A program made the position numbers and the translations under genes. Below, piece by piece: positions 1 to 10,661 of a stretch of 64,000 nt of DNA; position 1 is the first letter of the stretch, and every line of letters begins with the position of its first letter. Under the pieces are notes generated by a model. That model was not told the DNA's origin. It saw only the letters and a program-made list of their open reading frames with translations, and ran no database searches. The DNA comes from a virus, in IMG/VR virus record IMGVR_UViG_3300020190_000007, positions 106,861 to 170,860 of that record; one strand, given 5' to 3'.

Positions 1-14
1 ATTTACCAAAAGCT

Positions 15-698
15 TTGGTTATGTCGATTTTGTCGGCTAAAATATTCTTACCAATTATAGTATTATATAAAATATTTAAAACAGGTTTAACCAATGTGTA
101 TTTAAACAGTAAAGAATTAGCCAAGAAATTTTACAAGGCTATCGGTGCGATAATTAAAGATTTATTTTGGTTATTCATAAGAGAATTTTATAGATTAATA
201 AAAGTAGATTTATTGGCGTTTATCCAAAGTATTGTACAGAGAATTATTAAAAATAAGTACAAAAGGTATCTATTAATTATTACATCGTTAATTGCTTTAT
301 TGAGGAAAGCTTTAGAGACAGAGATAAATAATTGTTATGATTTATTCCAAACAATACTATCAACAATTGAGGCCGCATTATCACAAAAAGCACCTATAAC
401 AATACCTTCAATTCTTTTACTATTTTCAGATTCATTACCGGGTTTCAGTCAAGATAGGGCATTTATGAATATCATGAATAAATTAGAAGCGTCAGGTGTA
501 CCTACCGGACCTTTATTTGGTGAATCAAATGACATAGGTAGTTTGGTAAAATCCGTTGTTGATGGGTATACCGAAGAAGAGGATGCAAATTCATTTGTAA
601 AAATTGTATTGAAAGGTGGAACACTACCCGGTCCACCACTCGCTGGTGGCGCGGTAATACCACCTGGATTTATTACGGGCGTAGGTAAAAAACAATAA
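15..698 (+). CDS. hypothetical protein, C-terminal part (frame open to window edge)
   Basis: ORF track; frame has no stop back to position 3; co-directional with the downstream baseplate-like gene. Confidence 0.6.
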   Translation: MVMSILSAKIFLPIIVLYKIFKTGLTNVYLNSKELAKKFYKAIGAIIKDLFWLFIREFYRLIKVDLLAFIQSIVQRIIKNKYKRYLLIITSLIALLRKALETEINNCYDLFQTILSTIEAALSQKAPITIPSILLLFSDSLPGFSQDRAFMNIMNKLEASGVPTGPLFGESNDIGSLVKSVVDGYTEEEDANSFVKIVLKGGTLPGPPLAGGAVIPPGFITGVGKKQ

Positions 699-699
699 T

Positions 700-900
700 A
701 TGAATATTGAAAAATTACAAAATATTGTAGAAAATGCAAAAGATAAATCAAATAAGGATTTATTTGATGCTGAAGAATTTTTATTTAAACAACACGAAGA
801 ATTAAAACTGTACATTGTTGAATTAACAAAAAAATTAGAGTTCATTGAAAATCTACATGGGACAATAATTACTGAAATTGAAAATAGAAAAATACAATGA
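700..900 (+). CDS. small coiled-coil hypothetical protein
   Basis: 66 aa ORF tightly packed between neighbours (ATGA overlap with next gene). Confidence 0.65.
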   Translation: MNIEKLQNIVENAKDKSNKDLFDAEEFLFKQHEELKLYIVELTKKLEFIENLHGTIITEIENRKIQ

Positions 901-2456
901 AAATAGTTGATATAGGTGTATGTTTAGACAACAATGACCCTAAAGGTTTAGGACGTATTCGTGTTGTTGATTATGATGATTACATTGGGGGTAAATCGAA
1001 TATAAAAGAAGGTATTCAAAATTGGAGTAAAGATGACCCATTTGTAGCATCTCCATTTTTACCCAATAATATAAATTTTATACCTGAAAATAAACAAGCG
1101 GTTAAAATCATTAGATACGATACCGAAAAAACAACAGTAAACCAAGAATACATTGCAGGTCCGTTTTCAACAAGATATGATTTTAACTCACAAGAATTTA
1201 ATACACAAATATCTCAAACATCTTATGGTGTTTCTGTTGAGGATAAGGTAGATATTATAAAAAATGAAGAAGGAACTCTTCCCGAGAATTGTAAAAACGC
1301 CTTATCGAAATATAGAGACTATTCTGTAGGTGGAAAGTATGGTTCTGATGCTTTATTTACACAAGACGGATTAGTTTTAAGAGGTGGTAAGTTAATTCAA
1401 AAGGAGGTTGCTAGTAATCAAAACAGAGAACTTCTAACAAAAGGATTCCCAATAGTTTCTGATAAGGTTGCTAAATTACATTTAAAAAAATTCGGACCTA
1501 AACAATTTATATCAGAAGAAATAAAAACGGAAAATGTAACAGAGAATTCAAATTTAAAGTTCATAATTGAGTATGATGTTGACAACCTGACAAACCCAAC
1601 TTATGTAAATTTTTATTTATATCAAATAAAACCTAATGTAACTGAAAAATATAATTCAAGTAATTTTACGGAGTCGACGCAAATATTAGCGGGAGAATCT
1701 GTTTTTCTATCTGAATCCGGTAACACTTATACGTTTAGGATTGATTTAAATTCAATTTTTTTATATAACGTAGCGTCACTAAACAAAAAAATTAAATTAA
1801 TATATCAAGAAATTAGAAATAAACTAAAAACAATACAAAGTAATGGATTCGAGGATATTGTTCCTTTTAAAATACTCACAGATTTAATAGTAACTCAATC
1901 AGATTCAAACATATATCCTTTTTTCTTTAGACCGACAAATGAGTTTGAAAACAGGTCAACAACAAGTACTGAAAAAAATAACAGATTAACTCTGTTTAAT
2001 AACATAAAAATACCCGGGTCTACTTCAAAATCAAGTTTAGTTTATAATAGAGATAAGGTTACACCAAACACGAAGACAGTTGAAAAAGTCATAAAAGTTT
2101 TAAAAACGGATTCTACGTCTTTTGAACAAACTTTTGGAAACGTGACCGCCGATAAAATTTACTTACTTTCTACGGACACAAATTTTACGGATAAAAAAAT
2201 TGATTTTCCTGTTTTAAACACTTATGAATATGACCAATCTGACTATATTGAAAAGATAGAACCAAATACATATTCTTTAGTGAGAGGTGAAATATTATTA
2301 GATTTTATTGATGCTCTTTACACCGTTTTAACTAGTCACGTACACAATATCAATAAAGAGTATGTTAAGAATGGATACTCCCCTCACGCAAAATTGGAAA
2401 TACTGTATAAAAAATTAAGGGACGAGTTGATAAATAAATCTATTAAAATCAACTAA
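897..2456 (+). CDS. putative baseplate hub/spike protein (gp5/Vgr-like N-terminal OB fold)
   Basis: N-terminal GVCLDNNDPKGLGRIRV motif typical of gp5/Vgr OB folds; C-terminal HVH motif as in spike proteins. Confidence 0.6.
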   Translation: MKIVDIGVCLDNNDPKGLGRIRVVDYDDYIGGKSNIKEGIQNWSKDDPFVASPFLPNNINFIPENKQAVKIIRYDTEKTTVNQEYIAGPFSTRYDFNSQEFNTQISQTSYGVSVEDKVDIIKNEEGTLPENCKNALSKYRDYSVGGKYGSDALFTQDGLVLRGGKLIQKEVASNQNRELLTKGFPIVSDKVAKLHLKKFGPKQFISEEIKTENVTENSNLKFIIEYDVDNLTNPTYVNFYLYQIKPNVTEKYNSSNFTESTQILAGESVFLSESGNTYTFRIDLNSIFLYNVASLNKKIKLIYQEIRNKLKTIQSNGFEDIVPFKILTDLIVTQSDSNIYPFFFRPTNEFENRSTTSTEKNNRLTLFNNIKIPGSTSKSSLVYNRDKVTPNTKTVEKVIKVLKTDSTSFEQTFGNVTADKIYLLSTDTNFTDKKIDFPVLNTYEYDQSDYIEKIEPNTYSLVRGEILLDFIDALYTVLTSHVHNINKEYVKNGYSPHAKLEILYKKLRDELINKSIKIN

Positions 2457-2480
2457 AACGATATTTATACTATAAAGGGA

Positions 2481-3854
2481 ATGTCGTACTATCGCTCATA
2501 TTTTTCTAAAAACAATACTATCATCGAAGACAGTAGAGTTAACACCGCAAAAAATCCAACAACTGAGATTTATTATGGGGACGGATATTCGAGATTCATA
2601 TTTAAAGTTGATTTTACAGATTTACAATCAAAAATTGACAGTGGTGATTTAGTTATAACCACAGGAACAACTCACTACTTGAAAATGACTAATACGGTCA
2701 TTGGTGACGCTAAATTAGTTGGAGACAGTAAGTCCAATGGTAAAGACCGAGCAACATCATTCGATTTAATATTATTTTCAATACCACAATCATGGGATGA
2801 AGGTGTTGGATATGATTATGAATTTACCACTTATGATGACAGTTCAGGTAACAAAATATATGACACACGAGCTTCTAATTGGTACGATAGAACTACAACA
2901 TCGGGATGGACTCATCCAGGTGTGTATACAGGTGCGACCGTAATAAGTACAATACACTTTGACAATGGTAATGAAAATATCAATGTTAACATTACAAATT
3001 ATGTAAATGGTATATTACTATCAGGTAACACTGACCATGGATTAGGGTTGGCTTTCACATCAGCATTTGAATCCATAACTACGGGTGAAACACAACAATC
3101 GGTATCGTTTTTCTCAAAATACACTCAAACATTCTTTGAGCCATTTGTTGAGACGACTTTGTACGATAGAATATATGATAACAGACATAATTTTATTGAA
3201 AAGAGATATAATAATCTTTATCTATATGTAACGAAAGGTTCTAATTTCTATGATTTAGAAAGTAACCCCACTGTTGATATACTTAATTCAAGTAGTGTTG
3301 CTATTTCTGGATTAACAGGTCTTACAACAACAAAAATTAGAAAAGGTGTCTACAAAGTGAGATTCGGTTTAACAGGACAACTATGTGATGGTAAAAGATT
3401 TTTCTATGATAGATGGAAAAATCTAACACTTGATGGTGTGTCTATAGGTAACGCCACTCAAAAGTTTGTACCAAAACCGTATACATCGGGGTATAGTGTT
3501 GGTTCAAACCCAACCGAGACTCAAAACTATAAAATTCAATTTTCAGGAATAAAACAGAATGAAAAAATAATTAGGGGTGAATTAAAAAAGATTGTACTTT
3601 ATTTGAAATCAATTGAACAATCAAGAACAATATTATTTGACGATGTTTATTATAGAATTTTCATAAAAGAAGGAAAAACAAATGTAATTGTTTACGATTG
3701 GACTAATGTAGATGTTACAAATGAGAATTCTTTTTATTTAGATACATCGTTTATGATTCCAAGGGAGTATTTTATGGAATTTAAAGCTAAAACATATACT
3801 GAGGAAATATTTTACAACGACTATGTCAAGTTTGAAATATTATCAGAAATTTAA
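2481..3854 (+). CDS. putative virion structural protein
   Basis: Thr/Gly/Ser-rich beta-type composition, WDEGVGYDY motif; TATTTATA motif at 2462-2469 immediately upstream. Confidence 0.5.
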   Translation: MSYYRSYFSKNNTIIEDSRVNTAKNPTTEIYYGDGYSRFIFKVDFTDLQSKIDSGDLVITTGTTHYLKMTNTVIGDAKLVGDSKSNGKDRATSFDLILFSIPQSWDEGVGYDYEFTTYDDSSGNKIYDTRASNWYDRTTTSGWTHPGVYTGATVISTIHFDNGNENINVNITNYVNGILLSGNTDHGLGLAFTSAFESITTGETQQSVSFFSKYTQTFFEPFVETTLYDRIYDNRHNFIEKRYNNLYLYVTKGSNFYDLESNPTVDILNSSSVAISGLTGLTTTKIRKGVYKVRFGLTGQLCDGKRFFYDRWKNLTLDGVSIGNATQKFVPKPYTSGYSVGSNPTETQNYKIQFSGIKQNEKIIRGELKKIVLYLKSIEQSRTILFDDVYYRIFIKEGKTNVIVYDWTNVDVTNENSFYLDTSFMIPREYFMEFKAKTYTEEIFYNDYVKFEILSEI

Positions 3855-3867
3855 AATATTTATTATT

Positions 3868-4299
3868 ATGGATAACTTAGAAGGAATTATTAAAAATCAA
3901 CTTGACAATTACAAGAATGAAAATATAACTGAAAACTACATGTTTTTCAGTAATCTTAAACAACTTCACAGACAATGTCAAATGTTGTTACAATTAGACC
4001 CATCTATCGTTGAAGACATTTTACAAAATGGTCATGATTGGGCTGATGACCATGTTGCTGTCGCTAAAGAAAATGTTGACCAAGTTTTTGATTTTATGAT
4101 GAATATAACGAAAGAATCATTAAACGAGGCCAAATCAAATAAACTTTGTGCACGAGGAAAATCAGCAGCAAAATCAAAATTTAAAGTCTATCCAAGCGCG
4201 TACGCTAATGGATATGCGATTCAAGTTTGTAAAGGTAAAATAAAAGGTTTAGATGGGGTAAGAAAGTGCTCGGGGTCATATTGCTCGGGTAAAAAATAA
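3868..4299 (+). CDS. hypothetical phage protein (start moved to ATG 3868)
   Basis: TATTTAT motif at 3857-3863 directly precedes ATG 3868; C-terminal KFKVYPSAYANG..C motif. Confidence 0.6.
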   Translation: MDNLEGIIKNQLDNYKNENITENYMFFSNLKQLHRQCQMLLQLDPSIVEDILQNGHDWADDHVAVAKENVDQVFDFMMNITKESLNEAKSNKLCARGKSAAKSKFKVYPSAYANGYAIQVCKGKIKGLDGVRKCSGSYCSGKK

Positions 4300-5327
4300 T
4301 GGATAAAAAAATTGTCTGTCAATGCGGTTGGAATTGGTCTTTATATGATGGTGGAGATGACCCGTATACGTGTCATAAATGTGGTCATGATAATACAGAT
4401 AAGTACACAATGAAGATTTATATTAGTGAAGAAGATTTATCTTATGTAAATGAATCTATTGAATCTGGAGAGGTTTTAAAAGAAGACTTGGCAAGATGGT
4501 TTAAAGAAAAATGGGTTGACGTTTCTCGTAAGATTGACGGTAAACACCCCCCCTGTGGTAGAAAATCGGCTGATGGTGAAGAAGGTAGAAAGGGTTATCC
4601 AAAATGTAGACCATCAAAAAAAGTATCAAAAGACACTCCAAAAACCGCTGGTAGTTATAGTAAAAAAGAAAAAAAATCTATGACTTCTCAAAAAAGAAGA
4701 GCAGAAAAGAAAGAACCGAAGATAGGCAAGGGTAACAAACCTACAATGACAAAATTTAATGAAAATATGGAAAATATAATTAAATTAGATACAACTACAA
4801 TTCAAAATACAATTAAACATCCAAAATTGGTTACTGAAAATATGGAAATTTCTAACGCTCTCCAATATCATATTATTTATAAAAAATCATTATTAGAAAA
4901 TGTATACAAATTAGGTACTGATAATTTTTTTAAATTATTAGAAGAATGTAAAGAACTATATTTGACTGGTCACTTAGATTTATCGGATGAGGATATTACA
5001 TTCATTTATCAAAATGAATACGGCCCAATTGAAGAAACTAATTATGAAATTACAGACCTTTTAAATGAAGCCGAATATCAGGGAAGAAAGGTACAACTTG
5101 GAAAAATTATGCAGGGTGATATTAAGAAATTTAAAGTTTATGTTAAGAATGATAAAGGAAAAGTAGTAAAAGTAAATTTTGGGTTTGGTGGTAAATCTGC
5201 AAAGGGTAAAGTAATGAAAATTAAAAAGAATAATCCCGAAAGAAGAAAATCATTTAGAGCTAGACACAATTGTGATAATCCAGGTCCACGTTGGAAACCA
5301 AGATATTGGGCTTGTAGAACTTGGTAA
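4299..5327 (+). CDS. multi-module basic hypothetical protein (N-terminal Zn ribbon; RWFKEKWVD and RARHNC..RYWAC modules)
   Basis: CxC...CxxC N-terminus; basic modules of a kind recurrent in T4-like aquatic phages. Confidence 0.6.
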   Translation: MDKKIVCQCGWNWSLYDGGDDPYTCHKCGHDNTDKYTMKIYISEEDLSYVNESIESGEVLKEDLARWFKEKWVDVSRKIDGKHPPCGRKSADGEEGRKGYPKCRPSKKVSKDTPKTAGSYSKKEKKSMTSQKRRAEKKEPKIGKGNKPTMTKFNENMENIIKLDTTTIQNTIKHPKLVTENMEISNALQYHIIYKKSLLENVYKLGTDNFFKLLEECKELYLTGHLDLSDEDITFIYQNEYGPIEETNYEITDLLNEAEYQGRKVQLGKIMQGDIKKFKVYVKNDKGKVVKVNFGFGGKSAKGKVMKIKKNNPERRKSFRARHNCDNPGPRWKPRYWACRTW

Positions 5328-5768
5328 TTAATAATAATTAACAACAACCCCACATTCAAGGAGGAGTTGGAGGGATTTCTTTTGAGATTCATCCCACTTC
5401 TCCTTATTTTTTGTGGTACATACCTCTTTACAGTAAACAGTTTTAATTCCACTATTTACTATACCTCTAGCACAGTCCATACATGGTAATCCCGACGTAA
5501 GATATATTGTGGAACCTTTTAATGGTGTTCCTACACGAGCGGCGTTATAAATTGCATTACGTTCCGCATGTTCAAACCAGAAGTATTTTTCAGGTCTTTC
5601 CTGACGTTCTAATTTAGAATCGTCCATTCCCCTTGGGAAAGAATTATAACCCGTAGAAAGTACCTCATTGTCACCCCCAACGATTACCGCACCTATCTGT
5701 GTGAATTGGTCTTTTGATTTAAGTTTTACTTGTTCCGCTAATCCTAAAAAATATTCCGTCCAATTCAT
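5328..5768 (-). CDS. dCMP deaminase
   Basis: HAERNAI and PCMDC zinc-binding motifs, TGYN motif. Confidence 0.92.
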   Translation of the reverse strand: MNWTEYFLGLAEQVKLKSKDQFTQIGAVIVGGDNEVLSTGYNSFPRGMDDSKLERQERPEKYFWFEHAERNAIYNAARVGTPLKGSTIYLTSGLPCMDCARGIVNSGIKTVYCKEVCTTKNKEKWDESQKKSLQLLLECGVVVNYY

Positions 5769-6118
5769 ATTAATTTTTGGTTTGAAATAAAATGTACTCT
5801 ATTATTGTAATATAATCTAAGATTTTCGGCAAGACCTTTTTCCATTAATTTACTCATCTCTCTACAATTGTCCGAATCACTAATATCAATACCGACTATG
5901 AATCTACCATCATATTGTTTTTGATAAGTAATTGGTCGAATATATTTTCCTTGGTCTTCCATCTTAAGATATTTCACCATTTCATCTTTAGTCTGTTTAC
6001 ACTCAATATTCCTACTTTCTATCAAACCTTTTAATACGTCTAATCTTAATTTCTCATAATCAAAGGGTTCGTCGGACATAATTGCTTTTTGTATATTTTT
6101 TTTTGATATTTTACCCAT
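5765..6118 (-). CDS. hypothetical protein
   Basis: 117 aa ORF overlapping the dCMP deaminase start by 4 nt. Confidence 0.6.
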   Translation of the reverse strand: MGKISKKNIQKAIMSDEPFDYEKLRLDVLKGLIESRNIECKQTKDEMVKYLKMEDQGKYIRPITYQKQYDGRFIVGIDISDSDNCREMSKLMEKGLAENLRLYYNNRVHFISNQKLI

Positions 6119-6145
6119 ATTACAAATATACTGAAAAATTGTACA

Positions 6146-6175
6146 ATAAAAAAGGGGGACTAATGTCCCCCTTTC
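6146..6175 (-). terminator. intrinsic terminator of the major capsid gene
   Basis: GGGGGAC-TAAT-GTCCCCC hairpin followed by a U-run on the minus strand, 20 nt after the capsid stop. Confidence 0.85.
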
Positions 6176-6194
6176 TATTATGAGATAGTTATGA

Positions 6195-7958
6195 TTATCT
6201 CAAGGTGTCAAGACTAAATGTAGACAAACCACTTACGTTTACCACACCAAAATAACGGTTGTTAACCATTTTCTTAGCGTATCTGGTCATAATACCTTTG
6301 ATTGGTGTAAAGTTGAATGGATTGTACATTGTAGGTGTTAATTGTAATGGAACGTATGGTGCGTAAATATAACCAGCGTCCAACAATGATTTACCTTTGT
6401 GACCGATAACAACCTTACCAGCTGGTAAGTATGGGTCACGGTACACTTGATAACGACCTGCTAAAGAACCGATTTTCTCGATACCCATGTTATATTGGTC
6501 TTGCTCAGGAGCCGCGTTTGAAACGTGGAAGTATTCCAAGTCGTCAAATACTGCAGATACCTCAGAAGATACAACAATCCAGTTAGCTCCACCTCTTAAG
6601 GTAGTTTTATGGATTTGAGCTGAGATTTGGTTAATTTTGGTAACCAATGTTTGGTTCCAGTCTTTTTGAGTGTAACCAGCGAATGATGAACCATCGTTAC
6701 CGTATCTCCATTCGTTGTAGTCCCACTTAGATGTCCAAGCGGCACCTTTACGAATGTCACGAAGGATTTCACGGTCGATTTCTGCTGCGATTTGCTCAGA
6801 CAATAAAGCTGTCAATTCAGCTTCAGCATCGATGTTGTGGAATGCACTTACGTCTTGTGCTAATTCAGGAGACCAGCTAGCTCTCAATTTTCTTTCAGTT
6901 ACAGAAACTGTTACTGACTCAAGGTCGAAAGATACTTCACCGATTTCTTCTTCGAATTCTAATGAATTGTATTCTCTCCAACTTACCTTAATGTCACTCG
7001 CCGCTAATGATGAACCAGCAACTGTGTAATCTGTAAAACCTGTTGTTACACCGTTGTACTTTTGTAAGTCGATAGATAAGTAAATAACTCCATCAGCGTC
7101 ACAAACGTTTGTGAATTTACCTGTTCTACCACTGTCTTTAGAACCGTACTCTACAATGCCTTTACCGTATTTTTGAGTTACTACGCTGAAAGGAATATTA
7201 GCGGCTGCAGTAGCACCTAAGTGAGTATATAACGAACTATCAAGACCTGATAAAGTGTAAACAGTTAATGATGCTAAGAACTCTTCAGTATCCATGACAT
7301 GACCATTAGGGCCGGAAAGTTTACTAGCACCTTCGTAAGTTGTAAAACCTGAAATTTTAGCAATTACACTTGATACTGTGTTACCTGTAGCAATAGCCGC
7401 TTGAGTTGAAGCTACGCCGTTACTAAATGTAACAAATTCAATTGTTGAGCCAGTAATTGTTGCAAAAGTACCTTTTGAGTAGTCAAACAAACCAGAATCA
7501 ACTGAATCACTCGCTTCGTAGAAACGGTCATACAAGTTGTTACCAGTGTAACCAACGGCTGGGTCGGTATCGGTTGTGTTTGGGAAACCGAATGGTTGAC
7601 GGTGTGCGTTTGCCGATGTTCTATCTTGAATTTTAGGTACAAAGTAGAACAATTTACCGATAGGTAAGTTCATTGCTTGTACGGATACGATGTCGTTCGC
7701 TAACAATTTAGAGAAAACACGACGGATAATAGGGAATACTACAGTTTCAAATGAACCTGAAGCATCGGCTACAGCCGCTTCGTTGATTAGGTATGAAGCT
7801 TGGTTTTCATACAATTGTGCGATGTTGTCTTTTTGGTGACCGTTAAGACCCTCAAGGAATCCTAAGTCATCCCATTTTTTAATGGTATCTTCTTTGATAA
7901 CACGGAGGTGTTTTAATCCAATGTTACCAACCATACCAGATTCTAATAATGCTCCCAT
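6195..7958 (-). CDS. major capsid protein (T4 gp23-like)
   Basis: DIVSVQAMNLPIGKLFY, RKLRASWSPELAQD, AELTALLSEQIAAEIDREI, YAPYVPL and GIMTRYA motifs of the gp23 family. Confidence 0.96.
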   Translation of the reverse strand: MGALLESGMVGNIGLKHLRVIKEDTIKKWDDLGFLEGLNGHQKDNIAQLYENQASYLINEAAVADASGSFETVVFPIIRRVFSKLLANDIVSVQAMNLPIGKLFYFVPKIQDRTSANAHRQPFGFPNTTDTDPAVGYTGNNLYDRFYEASDSVDSGLFDYSKGTFATITGSTIEFVTFSNGVASTQAAIATGNTVSSVIAKISGFTTYEGASKLSGPNGHVMDTEEFLASLTVYTLSGLDSSLYTHLGATAAANIPFSVVTQKYGKGIVEYGSKDSGRTGKFTNVCDADGVIYLSIDLQKYNGVTTGFTDYTVAGSSLAASDIKVSWREYNSLEFEEEIGEVSFDLESVTVSVTERKLRASWSPELAQDVSAFHNIDAEAELTALLSEQIAAEIDREILRDIRKGAAWTSKWDYNEWRYGNDGSSFAGYTQKDWNQTLVTKINQISAQIHKTTLRGGANWIVVSSEVSAVFDDLEYFHVSNAAPEQDQYNMGIEKIGSLAGRYQVYRDPYLPAGKVVIGHKGKSLLDAGYIYAPYVPLQLTPTMYNPFNFTPIKGIMTRYAKKMVNNRYFGVVNVSGLSTFSLDTLR

Positions 7959-7985
7959 TTTAGTATTAATTTTTAATTTTTAAGT

Positions 7986-9341
7986 TTATTTTATTTTTGC
8001 CATTAAATCTTTCATTCTTCTGAATTGTGGATTCTCATATGCTTTTGATTCCGACAATACTTTTGAAGAAGAAGATGTTTGTGACGTTGTTATTTTATCA
8101 ACCACTGATTCAGTTACAGGTTTTTTTGTATCTAATTCAGTTTTTATAGAACTATATAAGTTCTTAGACTCTTTCAAGGTTGAGATTGAATCGAATCTTT
8201 TTAAGATGTTTAACTTCTCTTGTTTGGTGGTCGAGTGTTCAGTAAACAAACGGGTAGCGTAAGCCAAGTTAGCGTTGAATACAGCAACTTCATTTAACTT
8301 TTCTTTGAATAAGACTAAAGCCTTTTTATATTCATCGTTTTGTTTTTTGAGTTTACTAACTTCTTCGTTGATTGAACCCGAACCAGCTTTATATTTTGTT
8401 TTGCCTTTAATACCGGCTCTATTCATACCACCTTTATCTCCGTGAAGATTTGATGTAGTTCTTGATGCTTCATCAACGTCACCCATCTTGGGGTCTTGGT
8501 CTTCGTCATCTTCGCACATCTTTTCGTCCTCGTACATCTTGGGGTCTATTTCATATTCGCACAACTCGTCGTCCTCGGGCATCATCATAGGGTCCATCAT
8601 GTCTTCATCAACATCATCAAGTTCGATTTCGTAAACTGTTTGTTCAGAATCATCCATCATTTCTTTCAATTCATTTGAATATTCCGACTCATAACCCATG
8701 CCCATGTCTTCATCATCCATTTCCATGTCTTCATCATCCATTTCCATGTCTTCATCATCCATTTCCATGTCTTCATCATCCATTTCCATGTCTTCATCAT
8801 CCATTTCCATGTCTTCATCATCCATTTCCATGTCTGCACCTAACTTAATGATATACTCGTCATCACCATCAGACAATTCGATGTGGTCATCATCTTTCTT
8901 AACGATTACTCCATCTTCAGGACTCATTGCTTTAAAAACTTTTAAAATTTCGTCTTCGTCAGCACCAGTCATATCAACCACATCGTCATCATCCATGTCT
9001 CCAAAGTCGTTCATGTTATCCATGTCGCCAAAGTCGTCATCAGATGAATCTTTTGAGTCGATGTCTTTAGATAGTTCATCAGATGAGTTGTCATCATCTT
9101 CGTCTGATTTATCGTCCCCAGTGTTATCGTCAGCACCTGCTGATACATCGTCTGCGGGGTCTTCTTCAGGATTAGGTTGTTCTTTAACAACTTTTTCCTC
9201 ATCTTCCATGGATTCTTTCAACAAATCGCCGATTTCTTGTTTCATAGTTGAAGCAAGTATACCTTTTGCGTTTGCCCTTACCGCCTCCTCAAGGGTCTGT
9301 ACTTGAAGCAATGCTTGTTCTAGAATGGATTTTTCGCTCAT
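7986..9341 (-). CDS. prohead core/scaffolding protein (gp22-like), highly acidic
   Basis: Located between protease and capsid genes; acidic middle; coiled-coil C-terminus. Confidence 0.75.
   Translation of the reverse strand: MSEKSILEQALLQVQTLEEAVRANAKGILASTMKQEIGDLLKESMEDEEKVVKEQPNPEEDPADDVSAGADDNTGDDKSDEDDDNSSDELSKDIDSKDSSDDDFGDMDNMNDFGDMDDDDVVDMTGADEDEILKVFKAMSPEDGVIVKKDDDHIELSDGDDEYIIKLGADMEMDDEDMEMDDEDMEMDDEDMEMDDEDMEMDDEDMEMDDEDMGMGYESEYSNELKEMMDDSEQTVYEIELDDVDEDMMDPMMMPEDDELCEYEIDPKMYEDEKMCEDDEDQDPKMGDVDEASRTTSNLHGDKGGMNRAGIKGKTKYKAGSGSINEEVSKLKKQNDEYKKALVLFKEKLNEVAVFNANLAYATRLFTEHSTTKQEKLNILKRFDSISTLKESKNLYSSIKTELDTKKPVTESVVDKITTSQTSSSSKVLSESKAYENPQFRRMKDLMAKIK
8702..8835. repeat. 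perfect 21-bp tandem repeat, 6 full copies plus a partial, encoding (DMEMDDE)n
   Basis: CCATGTCTTCATCATCCATTT repeated without mismatch. Confidence 0.95.
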
Positions 9342-9421
9342 ATTATTAAATATATTTACCTATAAATATGCTGATAATGTAAAAAAATACCGATTATAGT
9401 TTGATAACCTATAATAAATTA

Positions 9422-10105
9422 TTATTTACCTAAATAACTATCCAACTTTGACATCAAATTTTTCATTCTATTTGAGTCTGATGGATTTTCTTGAATTGAT
9501 TCTTGATATTGGTCCCTGTCTTTTAAGTCTGAGAATACATATGCACCTGGTGTACTTGGGGATGACACTAAATCAAAACACACTAATTCAAAATCTTCTT
9601 GAACAATGTTTTGACCTTTAATATTTTTTAAAGAACCAACACCTCTTGATGATATACCAAGTGTTGCACCATTCATTAATAACATGGCAGCTTGGTCACC
9701 TTTAGTACTAACTATTCCCATTTTTTTCCAAGCGGGAGAAGTAAATAATTTTATTTTACCCATAAGGATTTTACCATCCCACCATGTTTCTAAAATCGAA
9801 TGTGAAACTCTGTCTAAATCTATTAGTGAAGATGTTGGGTGATTTAGTTCGTTTAATGCACCACCTTTATTTATAATAGATTGATATTTTTCATTTTCTC
9901 TCTTAAGAATGTCTTCAGGGTAGATTCTACCATTTTTATTTGGTGTATCATATTTTTGTAAAACAGCGTAAAGGACCACATCATCAGAATAGTCCACATC
10001 TTTCATTTCAGAAATAATTTTCTGATTTTCTTTTGGTGATATATAACCAGCGTCGTATTCTATTAGTATACCTTTACCGGTTTCATTTGGGCCGAGTATT
10101 TTCAT
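9422..10105 (-). CDS. prohead core protease (T4 gp21-like)
   Basis: NKNGRIYP, ELNHP, LDRVSH, GISSRGVGS and DLVSSPSTPGA motifs. Confidence 0.93.
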   Translation of the reverse strand: MKILGPNETGKGILIEYDAGYISPKENQKIISEMKDVDYSDDVVLYAVLQKYDTPNKNGRIYPEDILKRENEKYQSIINKGGALNELNHPTSSLIDLDRVSHSILETWWDGKILMGKIKLFTSPAWKKMGIVSTKGDQAAMLLMNGATLGISSRGVGSLKNIKGQNIVQEDFELVCFDLVSSPSTPGAYVFSDLKDRDQYQESIQENPSDSNRMKNLMSKLDSYLGK

Positions 10106-10135
10106 CCAACTTTTTATAATAAATACCTCAGATAC

Positions 10136-10564
10136 TTAATTAATTTTTTTTTCAAAGAAATTAAATAAAGTTTCGTTCGTCAAAACGGTGTCTATTATAG
10201 TTTCTGATAAGTTGGTAATAATATTTTCAACTTCTTTAGAACGCACATCAAAAAATTTATCGACATACAATGTAATTTCAAGGTCCATGAAAGACCTTTT
10301 ATTTGTTTTTATGGCACTAGTTTTAATATCCAAATCAACAATTGATTCTCTTTTAAATAAATCAGAATTTAAACAATAAACTTTTTCTTTTATTTGTCTT
10401 CTTGTTTTTGAAATTAATTTTTCAAAATCGTGGTCGTTTATTGTTGGTTGAGTCCATGAATTTAATTGTACGTAGATTGTTTTTAAGTTTTTACAATCAA
10501 CCGTTCCGTATCCAATTTTTACATTATTGTGAACACCAATTGAAATAAACTTTCCTTTTTTCAT
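10136..10564 (-). CDS. hypothetical protein
   Basis: 142 aa ORF divergent from bS21. Confidence 0.65.
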   Translation of the reverse strand: MKKGKFISIGVHNNVKIGYGTVDCKNLKTIYVQLNSWTQPTINDHDFEKLISKTRRQIKEKVYCLNSDLFKRESIVDLDIKTSAIKTNKRSFMDLEITLYVDKFFDVRSKEVENIITNLSETIIDTVLTNETLFNFFEKKIN

Positions 10565-10661
10565 TTAATAATATCATACTTATGTACTTTATGGTGTATT
10601 TAAAATATACAAAATAAACTTAATAAATCAAAACTTTTTATTTATATTTCAAAAAAAGATT

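Noticed and set aside
8698-9306. 202-aa Ser-rich plus-strand ORF
   Set aside because: Antisense shadow of the acidic scaffold gene and its 21-bp repeat
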